A stretch of DNA of 64,000 nt from Cyanobacteriota bacterium (GCA_046045965.1 JBJOKS010000009.1:32001-96000), one strand, 5' to 3'; counted from the stretch's first letter, positions 1 to 10,482 are shown. Numbers and translations are program-made. Notes: generated by a model from the letters alone, not told the origin.

Positions 1-31
1 GTCTTTGCGTGAAACAAATCTTATAAACCTG

Positions 32-898
32 ATGGTAAAAAAAGCAGATATTAGCACCAAAAAATTAATCAGCCTAGCCCCCGAAAATTGGGTAAAATGG
101 GTGACACAAATTCCCGACATTATCACGGGAGAAATCATCAATTCAGAATTTCAATGGATAAGTCGAGAAAGCGATGTATTAGTTAAAGCCACCAGTCCAA
201 AGTACGGTGAATTTCTCGTACTAAACGAGTTACAATTAAGATATAAGCCAGAAATTCCCAAACGAATGCGGGCTTATGCAGCACTAGCGGAGGAAAAATA
301 TCATCTTCCCACTTACCCCGTATTAATTAACATTCTCAAAGAAAGCGAAGCAGAAATTCCTACCCGCTACGAATCAGAATTTGCTGGTTTACAAGCGCGT
401 CAAGACTACCGGGTGATCAATCTTTGGGAAGTAGATGTAGAAATAGCCTTGAGTCAACCTATTCCTTCACTACTTCCCTTTGTACCAATTCTCAAAGGTG
501 GTGGTGAAGAAGCGATAGTCAGACAAGCATTACAAATGCTCCGTGCAGATGAACAATTAAGCCAATTAGAAACAGTGATGGCTTTTTTTGCTACCTTCGT
601 ATTAGATAGCGTTTTAGTTCAGCAAATCATGAGGTGGGATATGGTGGTATTACGCGAGTCTCCCTGGTATCAGCAGATTTTAAAAGAAGGTGAAAAACGA
701 GGTGAAAAACGAGGTGAAAAACGGGGTATAGTTTCAGCCATTGAACTAAGTTTAGAGATAAAATTTGGTCAAGAAGGTTTACAACTAATGCCGGAAATAT
801 CACAAATTAGTGATTTAGAACAGTTGAAAACTATTCAAAGGGGCATTCTGACTGTCAATAATATTGATGAATTGCGGGAATTTATGCAGAGAAATTAA
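32..898 (+). CDS. Rpn-family (recombination-promoting nuclease/putative transposase-like) PD-(D/E)XK protein
   Basis: SRESDVL...NELQLRY nuclease-like motif, RMRAYAAL, LRESPWYQQILKEG followed by GEKR x3, and a LEIKFG...LEQL C-terminal helical domain. ATG at 32 preferred over TTG at 5. Confidence 0.8.
   Translation: MVKKADISTKKLISLAPENWVKWVTQIPDIITGEIINSEFQWISRESDVLVKATSPKYGEFLVLNELQLRYKPEIPKRMRAYAALAEEKYHLPTYPVLINILKESEAEIPTRYESEFAGLQARQDYRVINLWEVDVEIALSQPIPSLLPFVPILKGGGEEAIVRQALQMLRADEQLSQLETVMAFFATFVLDSVLVQQIMRWDMVVLRESPWYQQILKEGEKRGEKRGEKRGIVSAIELSLEIKFGQEGLQLMPEISQISDLEQLKTIQRGILTVNNIDELREFMQRN
688..723 (+). repeat. 12-bp in-frame tandem repeat (aggtgaaaaacg x3; GEKR x3)
   Basis: Seen directly; variable-length linker typical of Rpn-like proteins. 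Confidence 0.85.
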
Positions 899-914
899 AC
901 TGCTGGAATTTCAG

Positions 915-935
915 GTATGGTGGGCAATGCCCATC
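915..935 (+). repeat. REP-like hairpin (GTAG-type variant gtatggtgggcaatgcccatc)
   Basis: Two mismatches from the reverse complement of the copy at 43830-43850; lies just after the Rpn stop codon. Confidence 0.6.
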
Positions 936-1033
936 ATAAAAAATATAGTTATAAATTTTTCTTTTCGCAATAAGATGATGTTGCAAAATATGAGGAAGTT
1001 AGATTTAAATAAACTATCAGGTGGAGGATAATT

Positions 1034-1312
1034 GTGTTAGAAAAATCTTTCTTCTATCAAGAAATTATGCACAAGGGTAGAGAAGAAGGACGGCTAAAAG
1101 AAAGGCTGTCAGGAATTGAGTTGGCTTTAGATGTGAAATTCGGTGCTGAAGGTTTGGAACTCATGCCAGAAATAGCACAAATTTCTGATTTAGAGATTTT
1201 AAGAACTATTCAAAAAGGCGTTCTCACTGTAAATACTCTAGAGGAATTCCAAGAAATAATTCAAAGTATTCAAATACCACCAAATGAACTCATTGAATCT
1301 GAAAACTCTTAA
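1034..1312 (+). CDS. Stand-alone Rpn C-terminal domain (RpnS-like small protein or truncated paralog)
   Basis: LEKSFFYQEIMHKG...GIELALDVKFGAEGLELMPEIAQISDLE aligns with the C-terminal ~85 aa of the upstream gene; GGAGG Shine-Dalgarno precedes the GTG start. Confidence 0.75.
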   Translation: MLEKSFFYQEIMHKGREEGRLKERLSGIELALDVKFGAEGLELMPEIAQISDLEILRTIQKGVLTVNTLEEFQEIIQSIQIPPNELIESENS

Positions 1313-1323
1313 TGATGAATTAT

Positions 1324-2112
1324 TCATGCTCCCATTCCTGAATACTGCTTTAATCCTGCACGCCATAACAAGCGATTTGCACCTAAAAATATGAGTAACC
1401 AACCTAAAATGGCTAAAAATCCCCTGGTTAAATCCACTGGTAAACCGACCAAAATACTGGCAGGAAAATGAATTAAATAGGGAAATGGTGTAAACATAAC
1501 CACGTTTCGCACAGCTTCTGGAAAGACTTCTAAAGGTGCAATTAGACCTGATAAAAACAGAAAAAACAATAACCAAAAATTTTCTAATGCTGTAGCTCTT
1601 TCTGTCCAAAAAGCGAACATAGCAAAGGTATACTGAATTAAAAATCTTAACGCAAAAGCCAGCAATGCAGCTAAGATAAATAAGAAAAAATTAGATATAC
1701 TCGGTATCCAAAAAGCTTGGGGATATAATAGAAAAAAGAATCCTATTAATAGAAAGACAAAAGGTATCCGCGCAAATCTTTCGGATATGTGAGTAGCTAG
1801 ATGATGAAATACTGGGTCTATAGGTTGTAATAATCGGGGTGAAAGTTTACCTTCTACTACCTCTTTTTCAAACTCATAAATCACCCAAACAACGGTAAGT
1901 TGTCTCACCAGAAAAACAGCAAAAAAGTAACGAGCAAAATCTACAGTCTGAAAACCAAAGTCTCCCTCTTCTGACGCTTTTATCCATACACCCATGAGAA
2001 TAATTGGTAAGGAACCACATAAAACCCATAATATTAGTTCTGACCGATATTCCAGCATATAGGCATAATATACTGTTAGTAAAGTCAGGATTTTTTTGAA
2101 AATTTGTTTCAT
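1324..2112 (-). CDS. ABC-2 family transporter permease (DUF990-like)
   Basis: Multiple TM helices, GKLSPRLLQP and FLSGLIAPL motifs; downstream of an ABC ATPase. Confidence 0.85.
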   Translation of the reverse strand: MKQIFKKILTLLTVYYAYMLEYRSELILWVLCGSLPIILMGVWIKASEEGDFGFQTVDFARYFFAVFLVRQLTVVWVIYEFEKEVVEGKLSPRLLQPIDPVFHHLATHISERFARIPFVFLLIGFFFLLYPQAFWIPSISNFFLFILAALLAFALRFLIQYTFAMFAFWTERATALENFWLLFFLFLSGLIAPLEVFPEAVRNVVMFTPFPYLIHFPASILVGLPVDLTRGFLAILGWLLIFLGANRLLWRAGLKQYSGMGA

Positions 2113-2187
2113 AATATAAATTATTGAAATCTTCCTATTAACTATTCCCTATTCAACGTTAAACTGTCACCTGTTACCTTTCAGCTG

Positions 2188-3168
2188 CTATACAATACCA
2201 GATTGAAAAACTCTACCAATTACTTCTTCTACTGGTGGTTCAGTGACTGTTAAATCTACCACATCCAAATCAGCTAAAATCTGGGATACGGTGCGAGTTA
2301 GTGCTTCTCTCTGGACAATAAATCTTACTGCACGACCTTCTAAAAGTTGAATATCACCATAGGACATCAGTTTTTCTGCGGGTAATGGTTGAGCTAATTC
2401 TACATAAATTTCTCGGTAAGGTGCGAAGTTTTCTAAGAGTCCATCTAGTCTACCATCATACATTAATTTTCCTTGGTGTATTAAGAGAACACGTTCACAT
2501 AAAGCTGTGATATCTGCCATGTAATGACTTGTTAATAATACTGTGGCTTGATAAAGTTGATTGTATTCTCGTAAAAAGTCCCTTACTCCTACTTGAGCAT
2601 TAACATCTAGTCCTAAAGTTGGTTCATCTAAAAATAAAACTTGGGGACGGTGTAAAAGTGCAGCTAACAGTTCGGCTTTCATTCTTTCACCTAATGAAAG
2701 TTTTCTGACTGGTTGATTTAGCTTACTTTCTAGAGATAGCATTTCTGTTAATTCACCTACTCGTCGATGAAATTCTTGATCAGAAATGTTGTAAACTGCG
2801 GCGTTGATTTTTAAGGAATCTATTGCTGGTAAGTCCCAAATTAATTGCTGTTTTTGTCCCATGATGAGGGTAATTTTTTGCAAAAATGCTTCTTGACGAC
2901 GAAAGGGAATTTGTCCAGCAACTTTGACTTTTCCACTTGAGGGATGAATTAACCCTGTGAGCATTTTTAAAGTTGTGGTTTTACCAGCACCATTAGGTCC
3001 TAAAAATCCCACTACTTCACCTGGTTCGATGCTAAAGGAAACATCCTGAACAGCATTGATATTGCGATATGTACGGCGGAAAAAATGGGTGATAGTTCCA
3101 CGAATACCAGGTTCTTTGATGGCAACGGGATAAGATTTACTGAGGTTTTCTGCTATGATGATTGACAT
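2188..3168 (-). CDS. ABC transporter ATP-binding protein
   Basis: Walker A GPNGAGKT, signature LSLGE, Walker B LFLDEPT, H-loop TSH. Confidence 0.95.
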   Translation of the reverse strand: MSIIIAENLSKSYPVAIKEPGIRGTITHFFRRTYRNINAVQDVSFSIEPGEVVGFLGPNGAGKTTTLKMLTGLIHPSSGKVKVAGQIPFRRQEAFLQKITLIMGQKQQLIWDLPAIDSLKINAAVYNISDQEFHRRVGELTEMLSLESKLNQPVRKLSLGERMKAELLAALLHRPQVLFLDEPTLGLDVNAQVGVRDFLREYNQLYQATVLLTSHYMADITALCERVLLIHQGKLMYDGRLDGLLENFAPYREIYVELAQPLPAEKLMSYGDIQLLEGRAVRFIVQREALTRTVSQILADLDVVDLTVTEPPVEEVIGRVFQSGIV

Positions 3169-3222
3169 AAAAAATTATTTCCTTCTACCTTATGCCTTCT
3201 GCTATTTGGTTCCTGATTACTA

Positions 3223-6200
3223 CTAAGGATCACACAGATGGCGATCAGAAAGCTTCTCTCTAGAGGAGTCATTTTTGACTAATTCTTGATTATTCTGTAA
3301 ATAATCCTTGATCCAATTACAAGCATAATCTAATTCATTGAGAGCAAAAATTTTGGGTAAGTCCCAGATAATTGCGGTGCGATCGCCACTAACAGAAACT
3401 ATACTTTTACCATCAGGACTAAAGGTTAAGGAATACACCAGCCCACGATGGAAAAATAGCTTAATTATGAGTTTACCATCAAGATTCCAGAGATTTACTG
3501 TATTATATTCACCTTCAGTAGCAACAGCTATCATTTGACCATCAGGACTAAATTTGAGCCTATTTAATCTAGATTTTGACTGGACTAATGTCTTTAATAA
3601 CTTACCATTGCGTTGCCATAATTTAATAGTACGATCATCACTTAATGATGCAATTAATTTACCATCAGGACTAAAGGCAACATCAAAGACTTGGCCATTA
3701 TGTCCTGTTAAAGTGTGAAGAAGTTTACCCTCCCTAGTCCATAGACGTACTGTTTTATCATAACTGGCAGTTGTTAAAACTTGACCATCAGGACTAAAAC
3801 TAACTCCCACAACAGGTTCTTTATGTGCTTGAATAGTTTTTTTTAACCGAAAACTAAAAGATTTTTTGGGTTCTCGTTGCCACAGACGGAGAGTTTGATC
3901 AAAACCAACAGAAGCTAAAAGTTGACCATCAGGACTTAAGGTAATATTTTCAATGGGTGCAGTGTGTCCTGGAAGAGTTTCTATCAAAGTACCATCTATG
4001 TTCCAGATTTTGATAGTTTTATCATAACTAGCAGTTACTAAATATTGGCCATCGGGACTAAAGACAACGGAGGTAATACCATTTTCATGTCCTTTTATAG
4101 TTCTAATTAATGTACCATTAGGTTGCCAAAGATTAATCGCATAATCCCAACTTGTGGTGGCAATGATTTTACCATTAGGACTAACAGCAGCTTGTGTTAA
4201 GTTGAGTTGATGACCTCTTAAAACTGTGAGTAGGGGATTTTTTAACTGCCAAAATTTAACGCTACTATCTAAACTACCTGTAGCTAGAATTTTACCATCA
4301 GGATTCCAAGCGATCGCCCAAATTGCTGCTTCATGTCCTTCCAAAGTTCCTAAATCTTTACCGTCCAAACTCCACATTTTTACTACTTTATCCCAACTGG
4401 CAGCAGCAATGGATTTACCATCAGGATTAAATGTAATAGCAATTACTGAATATTGTCCGGCAAAAGTGCTGATTTTCTTACCGTCGATACTCCAAATTTC
4501 AATTTTTTTGTTATTACCACCCGTAGCTAAAAGTTTACCATCAGGAGAAATTGCTAAACCTCTAACAGCATCTTTCCCCCGGTTCAAGGTTACTAATTTT
4601 TTACCGTTTTTATGCCAAACTACAGTAGTTCCATCAAAACTACCCGTCACTATTTTTTCCCCATCAGGAGTAAATATAACTTTATAAATATTGGTTTGAT
4701 TAGTTTTAATTTTCTTTAATTTCTTTTCTGCTAAATTCCAGAGTCCCAAACTACCATCATTCATACCAATTGCTAATAGTTTACCATCTGGACTAAAAGC
4801 TATACTTTGTACTTGAGCATTAACAGGAATAGTTGCTAATTTTTTACCATCTATAGACCAAAATTTGACAGTATTATCAATACTTCCAGAAGCAATCATT
4901 TTACCATCAGGACTAAAAGCTACTGTTAAAACTGTCGAGGTATGACCTGAAAATTTACGTAGTAATTTACCATTTTTTTGCCATAACCATACTTGATCTC
5001 GATTAGGAATAACTATCATTTTACCATCAGGACTCCAAGATAAATCCCAGATAAAACTGAGATTTTCACCTGATAAACGATTTATTTCTTGCGCTCCATA
5101 ACTCGCTTGACGTAGAACATTATCTGTCAGTTCTTCTAGTTCAGGATATTTGTGATTTAAACTTTGATTTAAACTTAATTTTTGCCATTCTCTTTTGGCT
5201 TTAATAGCATCCACAAGTGACTCTAATTGTTGATGAGATTTAAACCGAGCTTGGGAAGAGGAAACCAAAGCTTTAATTTCACTAATTTTTGCTAATCTTT
5301 CGTTTTGGAGCGATTGACGATATAACCAGAACGTTATCCCTCCTAAACCCACGGCAGTTAAAAAAGCAGCACTGATTACAATTAAAAGAAATTTTTGCAA
5401 TCGAGCATTTTTTTGTTGCTCCAGCAGTTGAATTTCCACACTTTTCGCTCTTTCTGCTGCTATAATCAGTTGTTGTTCTCGTCTTTCTAATTCTGCACTT
5501 TTAGCTAAAAATTGATGATCTAAATTTGTTAAGCTTTTATCCCAAGCCCAAACTTGAGCATCTGCTAGTGCTTGTCCTCTTAATAAGCGAGATTCATCCG
5601 TTTGTTGTGAAGCTAACCACGCATTAAAAGTTTGAGAGTAGGGACGTAAATTAGCTAATTTTTTTACTACCCAATCTAAGTTAAATACTTGAGCATAAAT
5701 ACGGTTTTTAATGGACAAAAATCCTTTTTTTCTAATTACTAATCCTGAGAGTAATAATTCTATTTGTTCTCTACTGTCATCACTTGCTACTTTTGTACCT
5801 TGCAAAATTTGTTGATAAATTCCCAATAATTGTCCTGTACGTTTTTGATCATAAAGTAGCCGATCTTGTATAGTTCTCAAATGTTCAGGTTCGTCTTGGG
5901 ATTCCCAATTTTTGATAATATATTCATTAATAATATTTTCTATCCAATACTCTTCACTAAATTTAGTAAAATCGTGTGTTTTAATATCGGTCTTAAATTC
6001 AAAACTAGTAATTAAATTACATATTTTTTGAGTTAGAAAAGGCTGTCCTTCTGTCCAAATTAAAATTTTCTTGATTATAGATTCCGGTGTAGGAAATAAA
6101 GTTTCTAAGCCCCTAATTAAAGATTCAACTTCCTCTAGATTAAATCCTTTTAATTCAATAGCTTTACCAATATTAAAAGGGGTTCTTTTGGGATCTTGAA

Positions 6201-6768
6201 TTAAATCCGATGGGGTAGCAACTCCAAAAATTGCAAATGTTAGCCGCTTGTATTCTGGATCTATGGCTCTTTCATTATAGCAGTATCTAATTAGGGCAAA
6301 AAAATCATCTACCTGAAAATTTAAACTCAGAATACTATCAATTTCATCTATAAAAATAATTATTTTTTCTTCGGGAAACTGAATTAGTAACTCCTCAAAA
6401 AACCTGCTTAAATTTTGTAATAAAGAAAGATCATCTCCAGCTTGCCACCATAATTTTAAATTTAATTTTCCTAATAGTTTAAATCCTCTCCATAAATCGG
6501 CAACTATACCTTTATACCATTGACTTGGGGTGATATTCTCACTGCCAATATTAGTCATATCAACAGATGTACATTTAAATCCTTCCTGTTCTAAACGATG
6601 TTTTGTTCTCACTAATAGAGATGATTTACCCATCTGACGACAGTTGAGAACATAGCAAAATTCACCCTGTCTTAATGCTTGATACAATTCTATATCCGCT
6701 TCTCTTTCTACATAACTAGGAGCATTATTTGTCAGGCTACCACCAACTTGATAGGTATAAGTAGTCAT
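3223..6768 (-). CDS. AAA-like (AAA_35) ATPase with TM helix and ~14 WD40 repeats
   Basis: YQVGGSL start, Walker A NCRQMGKSSL, Walker B IFIDEID, WTEGQPFLTQK, a TM helix at about aa 460-483, then repeated GH...FSPDG...S.D.T.K.W units. Confidence 0.9.
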   Translation of the reverse strand: MTTYTYQVGGSLTNNAPSYVEREADIELYQALRQGEFCYVLNCRQMGKSSLLVRTKHRLEQEGFKCTSVDMTNIGSENITPSQWYKGIVADLWRGFKLLGKLNLKLWWQAGDDLSLLQNLSRFFEELLIQFPEEKIIIFIDEIDSILSLNFQVDDFFALIRYCYNERAIDPEYKRLTFAIFGVATPSDLIQDPKRTPFNIGKAIELKGFNLEEVESLIRGLETLFPTPESIIKKILIWTEGQPFLTQKICNLITSFEFKTDIKTHDFTKFSEEYWIENIINEYIIKNWESQDEPEHLRTIQDRLLYDQKRTGQLLGIYQQILQGTKVASDDSREQIELLLSGLVIRKKGFLSIKNRIYAQVFNLDWVVKKLANLRPYSQTFNAWLASQQTDESRLLRGQALADAQVWAWDKSLTNLDHQFLAKSAELERREQQLIIAAERAKSVEIQLLEQQKNARLQKFLLIVISAAFLTAVGLGGITFWLYRQSLQNERLAKISEIKALVSSSQARFKSHQQLESLVDAIKAKREWQKLSLNQSLNHKYPELEELTDNVLRQASYGAQEINRLSGENLSFIWDLSWSPDGKMIVIPNRDQVWLWQKNGKLLRKFSGHTSTVLTVAFSPDGKMIASGSIDNTVKFWSIDGKKLATIPVNAQVQSIAFSPDGKLLAIGMNDGSLGLWNLAEKKLKKIKTNQTNIYKVIFTPDGEKIVTGSFDGTTVVWHKNGKKLVTLNRGKDAVRGLAISPDGKLLATGGNNKKIEIWSIDGKKISTFAGQYSVIAITFNPDGKSIAAASWDKVVKMWSLDGKDLGTLEGHEAAIWAIAWNPDGKILATGSLDSSVKFWQLKNPLLTVLRGHQLNLTQAAVSPNGKIIATTSWDYAINLWQPNGTLIRTIKGHENGITSVVFSPDGQYLVTASYDKTIKIWNIDGTLIETLPGHTAPIENITLSPDGQLLASVGFDQTLRLWQREPKKSFSFRLKKTIQAHKEPVVGVSFSPDGQVLTTASYDKTVRLWTREGKLLHTLTGHNGQVFDVAFSPDGKLIASLSDDRTIKLWQRNGKLLKTLVQSKSRLNRLKFSPDGQMIAVATEGEYNTVNLWNLDGKLIIKLFFHRGLVYSLTFSPDGKSIVSVSGDRTAIIWDLPKIFALNELDYACNWIKDYLQNNQELVKNDSSREKLSDRHLCDP

Positions 6769-6779
6769 AATATTAATAT

Positions 6780-8453
6780 TTATTCTTCAGCATAGCCAAA
6801 TTTAAATTTGGAACTTAAAATAGTGCGATCGCGTCCCAATTGCTTGGCTTGATATAGTGCTTGATCACCCGCTTCAAAAAATTCCCTTAAAGAAAAATCT
6901 GCTGAAGGAATAATGCAGGCAATTCCTAAGCTAATTGTGACTCTAGTTATGTTTGTTTGTTGAACTTTTTTAGTTAAAAAAGGAATTTTAATTTTCAATG
7001 ATTTTACAGTTTCTCTAATTTCTTCAGCAATGATTATTGCTCCTGTTGCATCAGTCTGTGGTAAAATTGCAGCAAATTCTTCACCACCATAACGAGCAAC
7101 TAAATCACGTGGATGTTTTATTATTGAAGTCATAGCTTGAGTAACTTGACGCAAACAATCATCTCCAGCTTGATGTCCGTAACTGTCATTATAAAGTTTA
7201 AAATTATCTATATCTGCTAATATTAAAGATATGGGTTCTTGGATTTGTTTCATCCTTGTCCATTCTAATTGGAAGCGATTATCAAAATACCTCCGGTTAG
7301 CAACTTGAGTCAGTGTATCAACATTTACTAATAATTTCAATTTTTCATTTTCTTCTTCTAGCTCTTGTAACCGCATATAATGATTATTATTTTTATCTCC
7401 AATTAAATTCTCTTTTTGAAAAAATAAACGATACATTTCACAAGCAGGTTTAATGTTTTCACCTTCTAATTTAATCAGCCCTAAACTATCTAATTTATAA
7501 ATTAAATTTGTCGATATATGGGTAGATTGTTGGGAATTTATAATTTGATCATAAGCTTTAGATAATTCTGAATTACTGTGTAATCTCGTCAACAAACACC
7601 GTAAATGATTGCTATAAATGCCGTCATAACTAATAGCTGTTTCTAGGAGTTCTGGAAAAGAAATTTTTTGTTGCTGGAGATAATATAAACCTATATGAAT
7701 TAAATAAGGATGTCCACCTACAAGCTGCATTAATTGTTGTACAGCACTACTATCAAACCAATTCAATTCGTGTCGTCTAGCAAATTCTGTTACTTGTTCC
7801 CTATTAAATTCGGGAATTTTTAAGGCTAAACCCACATTAAAGGGAGATTGATTGACATTTAAAGGAATATAAACTTCTGTAGAATGAATTACAACCAGAC
7901 GCAAATTTTGCCAAATTTCAGTTTGTTTAGCTTGTTCATGCCAACTTCTTAATAAAGGCAAAAAATCCTGAGCAATTTGCGGATGTTCAAAAATATAATT
8001 TACTTCATTTAACACCAAAACTAATGGACTCTGAATTTGTTCTAATAAATACCCTTCAAAATAAATGGAAGCACTAATTTTACTCCCGATCTCCTCATCC
8101 CAATAATCGTTTAGATTGGATATAAGGGACAACTGACGAGCAACATTAATACAAAACCAGCGTAAAAATTTGTTAAGACTAACAAAAATTTGGCTATCTG
8201 CCTGTTTAAAATCTATAGTAACTATTGAGTATCCTTGATGCGTTGCTTGGTGAATTAGCCTTAACATCAAGGAACTTTTGCCCATATGGGAGGATGCTTT
8301 AATGCGGAGTAACCCCCCTGGTTTGCTCAACTCTGTGTAAGCATCGCTTTCAATTGGAGGACGTTCAATATAAAATCGGGAATTGGATGGCAGTGGATCA
8401 CCAGGTAAAGGGATATTTTCCTCCATCTGGAATATACCTTGTTGATTTAACAT
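6780..8453 (-). CDS. AAA_35 domain fused to GGDEF diguanylate cyclase
   Basis: FYIERPP, ASSHMGKSSL, SPFNVG and GGHPYL motifs, then coiled coil, DTLTQVANRR, DIDNFKLYNDSYGH and RYGGEEF. Confidence 0.9.
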   Translation of the reverse strand: MLNQQGIFQMEENIPLPGDPLPSNSRFYIERPPIESDAYTELSKPGGLLRIKASSHMGKSSLMLRLIHQATHQGYSIVTIDFKQADSQIFVSLNKFLRWFCINVARQLSLISNLNDYWDEEIGSKISASIYFEGYLLEQIQSPLVLVLNEVNYIFEHPQIAQDFLPLLRSWHEQAKQTEIWQNLRLVVIHSTEVYIPLNVNQSPFNVGLALKIPEFNREQVTEFARRHELNWFDSSAVQQLMQLVGGHPYLIHIGLYYLQQQKISFPELLETAISYDGIYSNHLRCLLTRLHSNSELSKAYDQIINSQQSTHISTNLIYKLDSLGLIKLEGENIKPACEMYRLFFQKENLIGDKNNNHYMRLQELEEENEKLKLLVNVDTLTQVANRRYFDNRFQLEWTRMKQIQEPISLILADIDNFKLYNDSYGHQAGDDCLRQVTQAMTSIIKHPRDLVARYGGEEFAAILPQTDATGAIIIAEEIRETVKSLKIKIPFLTKKVQQTNITRVTISLGIACIIPSADFSLREFFEAGDQALYQAKQLGRDRTILSSKFKFGYAEE

Positions 8454-8625
8454 GAATATTTATGTTTCAACTGAAATTGATATGATATTACAATCCTCAA
8501 CTCAAAAGCACTATTTAAGTATAATTATCTAGGTAATTTGAGCTTATGTAAGCCCCTTGTGAAAATTAGATAGAAAAGTTAACAATTGCAATTTGCCACT
8601 GCTCACCTTAGCTGAATTAATTTAG

Positions 8626-10269
8626 CTACCTTAAACGCCCTGAGCGTAAAATACTAATTATTAACCATAAACCTAACAAACTAGCAGCAGCAAACAACAC
8701 ACTGCTAACAAAAGATAATTGAGATGTTGTAACTCTGGTAGAAATAATTGCTGCCCCCATGATCAATGACCCTACTAAGATGCTAAAAGACAGTCGATTG
8801 GCGGCATCGTCCATTGTCCGGCGTACCCCGTCTAAACCCCTTAATGATAAATTCCATTGTAGAGTTTCCGATGTTACACGGTCTAATAAAAGTTCGATTT
8901 GGCGGGGAGACTGTAAAGAGAGACTTTTGATATCTAACGCAGTGCGTAAAAGGGAGCGAACAGGACTATCTCCCAATAACTGACGACGAAACAAATCTGT
9001 AATTAGTGGTTTAATCTCATCAAATAAATTAACTTCTGGATTAAAAGTACGCGCCACTCCTTCTAAATTAGCTAATGTTTTGGCATATAAACCCATATTA
9101 CTGGGTAAGCGGATTTTATTATTGCGGGCAATTTGTAAAATTTCATAGATTATTTGACTGAAATTGATCTCAGTCAGGCTGACATTATAATACTTTCGCA
9201 GCATTCGCTCATAATCATTTTCTAACCGAGATAAAATCACTGGTTGAGCAGAATCTGAAAGTTGCAAAGTTAACTGAGCGCATCTTTGAGCATCTAAATC
9301 CACAATCGCTAACAACATTTCTGTTAAAATTTGCTGAGTGCGGGGATCAAGTCTACCCACCATCCCACAGTCTAAAAGAGCAACACGTCCATCCGTGAGA
9401 TAAAATAAATTGCCGGGATGGGGATCAGCATGAAAGAAGCCATCAATATATAGTTGTTGAAAAAAGACTCTAAATAATAAAGTAGTAATTCCGTTCCGTT
9501 TAACAATAGAATCTTGACCATTTTCGGGATTTAAATCTGCTGTTAAAAGCGGAACACCATCCAACCACTGCATCACAAGTAATTTTTGTGTAGTCAGATG
9601 CCAGTAAATTTCTGCAACTACAATTTGTGTGGGATCATACCAACCACCTTGGGATAAATTGCGTCGCAGTTGGTCTGTGTGTCCGGCTTCTCGTGTAAAA
9701 TCTAATTCAGCTTCTAAAGCTTTAGTAAATTCCTCAGCAATAGCTTTAATGTCATAAGTTTGCCCAAAATCAGTCCGCGCTACTAAATCCGCGATACCTT
9801 GAATTAAGGCAATATCTTGAGCAATGGTGACATCGATCCCCGGACGTTGAACCTTGAGAGCTACTTCCCGTCCATCTGCCAGAGTAGCGCGATGGGTTTG
9901 GGCAATTGATCCCGCTGCTACTGGGATATGATTAATTGTGCGAAAGGTTTCTTCCAGTGGGCGTTTTAGCTGTTTGCGGATCACGACTTCTACCTCAGAC
10001 CAAGGAACTGGGGGTACTTCATCTTGTAGAGTTGACAGTTCCTCAATGTAAGCTGCGCTTAATAAATCTGGACGGGTAGAAAGTAGTTGACCAAGTTTGA
10101 CATAAACCGGACCCAAATCCACCAAAATATTTTTTAATACCGCAGGTGTGGGTAGTTGCGGCTCATCAGTTTTACCACCAGTCAACAGCCTTCGCATATA
10201 GTCCCAGCCGTTGCGGAGGACTACTTCAATAATTTCCCGTTGTCGAGGCACAGTTTGGGTTAAAAACAT
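8626..10269 (-). CDS. ABC1/AarF/UbiB-family atypical kinase
   Basis: LGPVYVKLGQLLSTRPDL, VALKVQRPG, FFHADPHPGN, LDCGMVG; C-terminal TM helices. Confidence 0.93.
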   Translation of the reverse strand: MFLTQTVPRQREIIEVVLRNGWDYMRRLLTGGKTDEPQLPTPAVLKNILVDLGPVYVKLGQLLSTRPDLLSAAYIEELSTLQDEVPPVPWSEVEVVIRKQLKRPLEETFRTINHIPVAAGSIAQTHRATLADGREVALKVQRPGIDVTIAQDIALIQGIADLVARTDFGQTYDIKAIAEEFTKALEAELDFTREAGHTDQLRRNLSQGGWYDPTQIVVAEIYWHLTTQKLLVMQWLDGVPLLTADLNPENGQDSIVKRNGITTLLFRVFFQQLYIDGFFHADPHPGNLFYLTDGRVALLDCGMVGRLDPRTQQILTEMLLAIVDLDAQRCAQLTLQLSDSAQPVILSRLENDYERMLRKYYNVSLTEINFSQIIYEILQIARNNKIRLPSNMGLYAKTLANLEGVARTFNPEVNLFDEIKPLITDLFRRQLLGDSPVRSLLRTALDIKSLSLQSPRQIELLLDRVTSETLQWNLSLRGLDGVRRTMDDAANRLSFSILVGSLIMGAAIISTRVTTSQLSFVSSVLFAAASLLGLWLIISILRSGRLR

Positions 10270-10279
10270 TTTTACATTT

Positions 10280-10436
10280 TTGGTAATTGGTAATTGGTAA
10301 TTGGTAATTGGTAATTGGTAATTGGTAATTGGGTGATTAATCTTCCCCTGCCTCCCCGGCTTCCCCGGCTTCCCCTGCTCCCCTGCTTCCCCTGCTTCTT
10401 ACCCAGTCCCCAGTCCCCAATCACCAGTCACCAGTT
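10280..10436. repeat. Compound STRR tract: (TTGGTAA)x7, CCCCTGCTT-type units, (CCCCA[A/G]T/CACCAGT)n
   Basis: Seen directly; short tandem repeats typical of heterocystous cyanobacteria. Confidence 0.9.
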
Positions 10437-10482
10437 ATAATTGAAAACAAGACTATTCAGCCTCTACCAAGGGTTTTAACTT

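Noticed and set aside
32..898. Insertion sequence transposase
   Set aside because: No DDE/HUH motifs, terminal inverted repeats or target duplication seen; motifs fit the Rpn-like nuclease family.
4226..4687. Antisense and alternative-frame ORFs inside real genes (also 1238-1609, 3338, 8759, 35413, 36186, 36559, 52738, 56523, 56937, 61344, 62259 and others)
   Set aside because: Shadow ORFs of well-supported genes with no motifs of their own.
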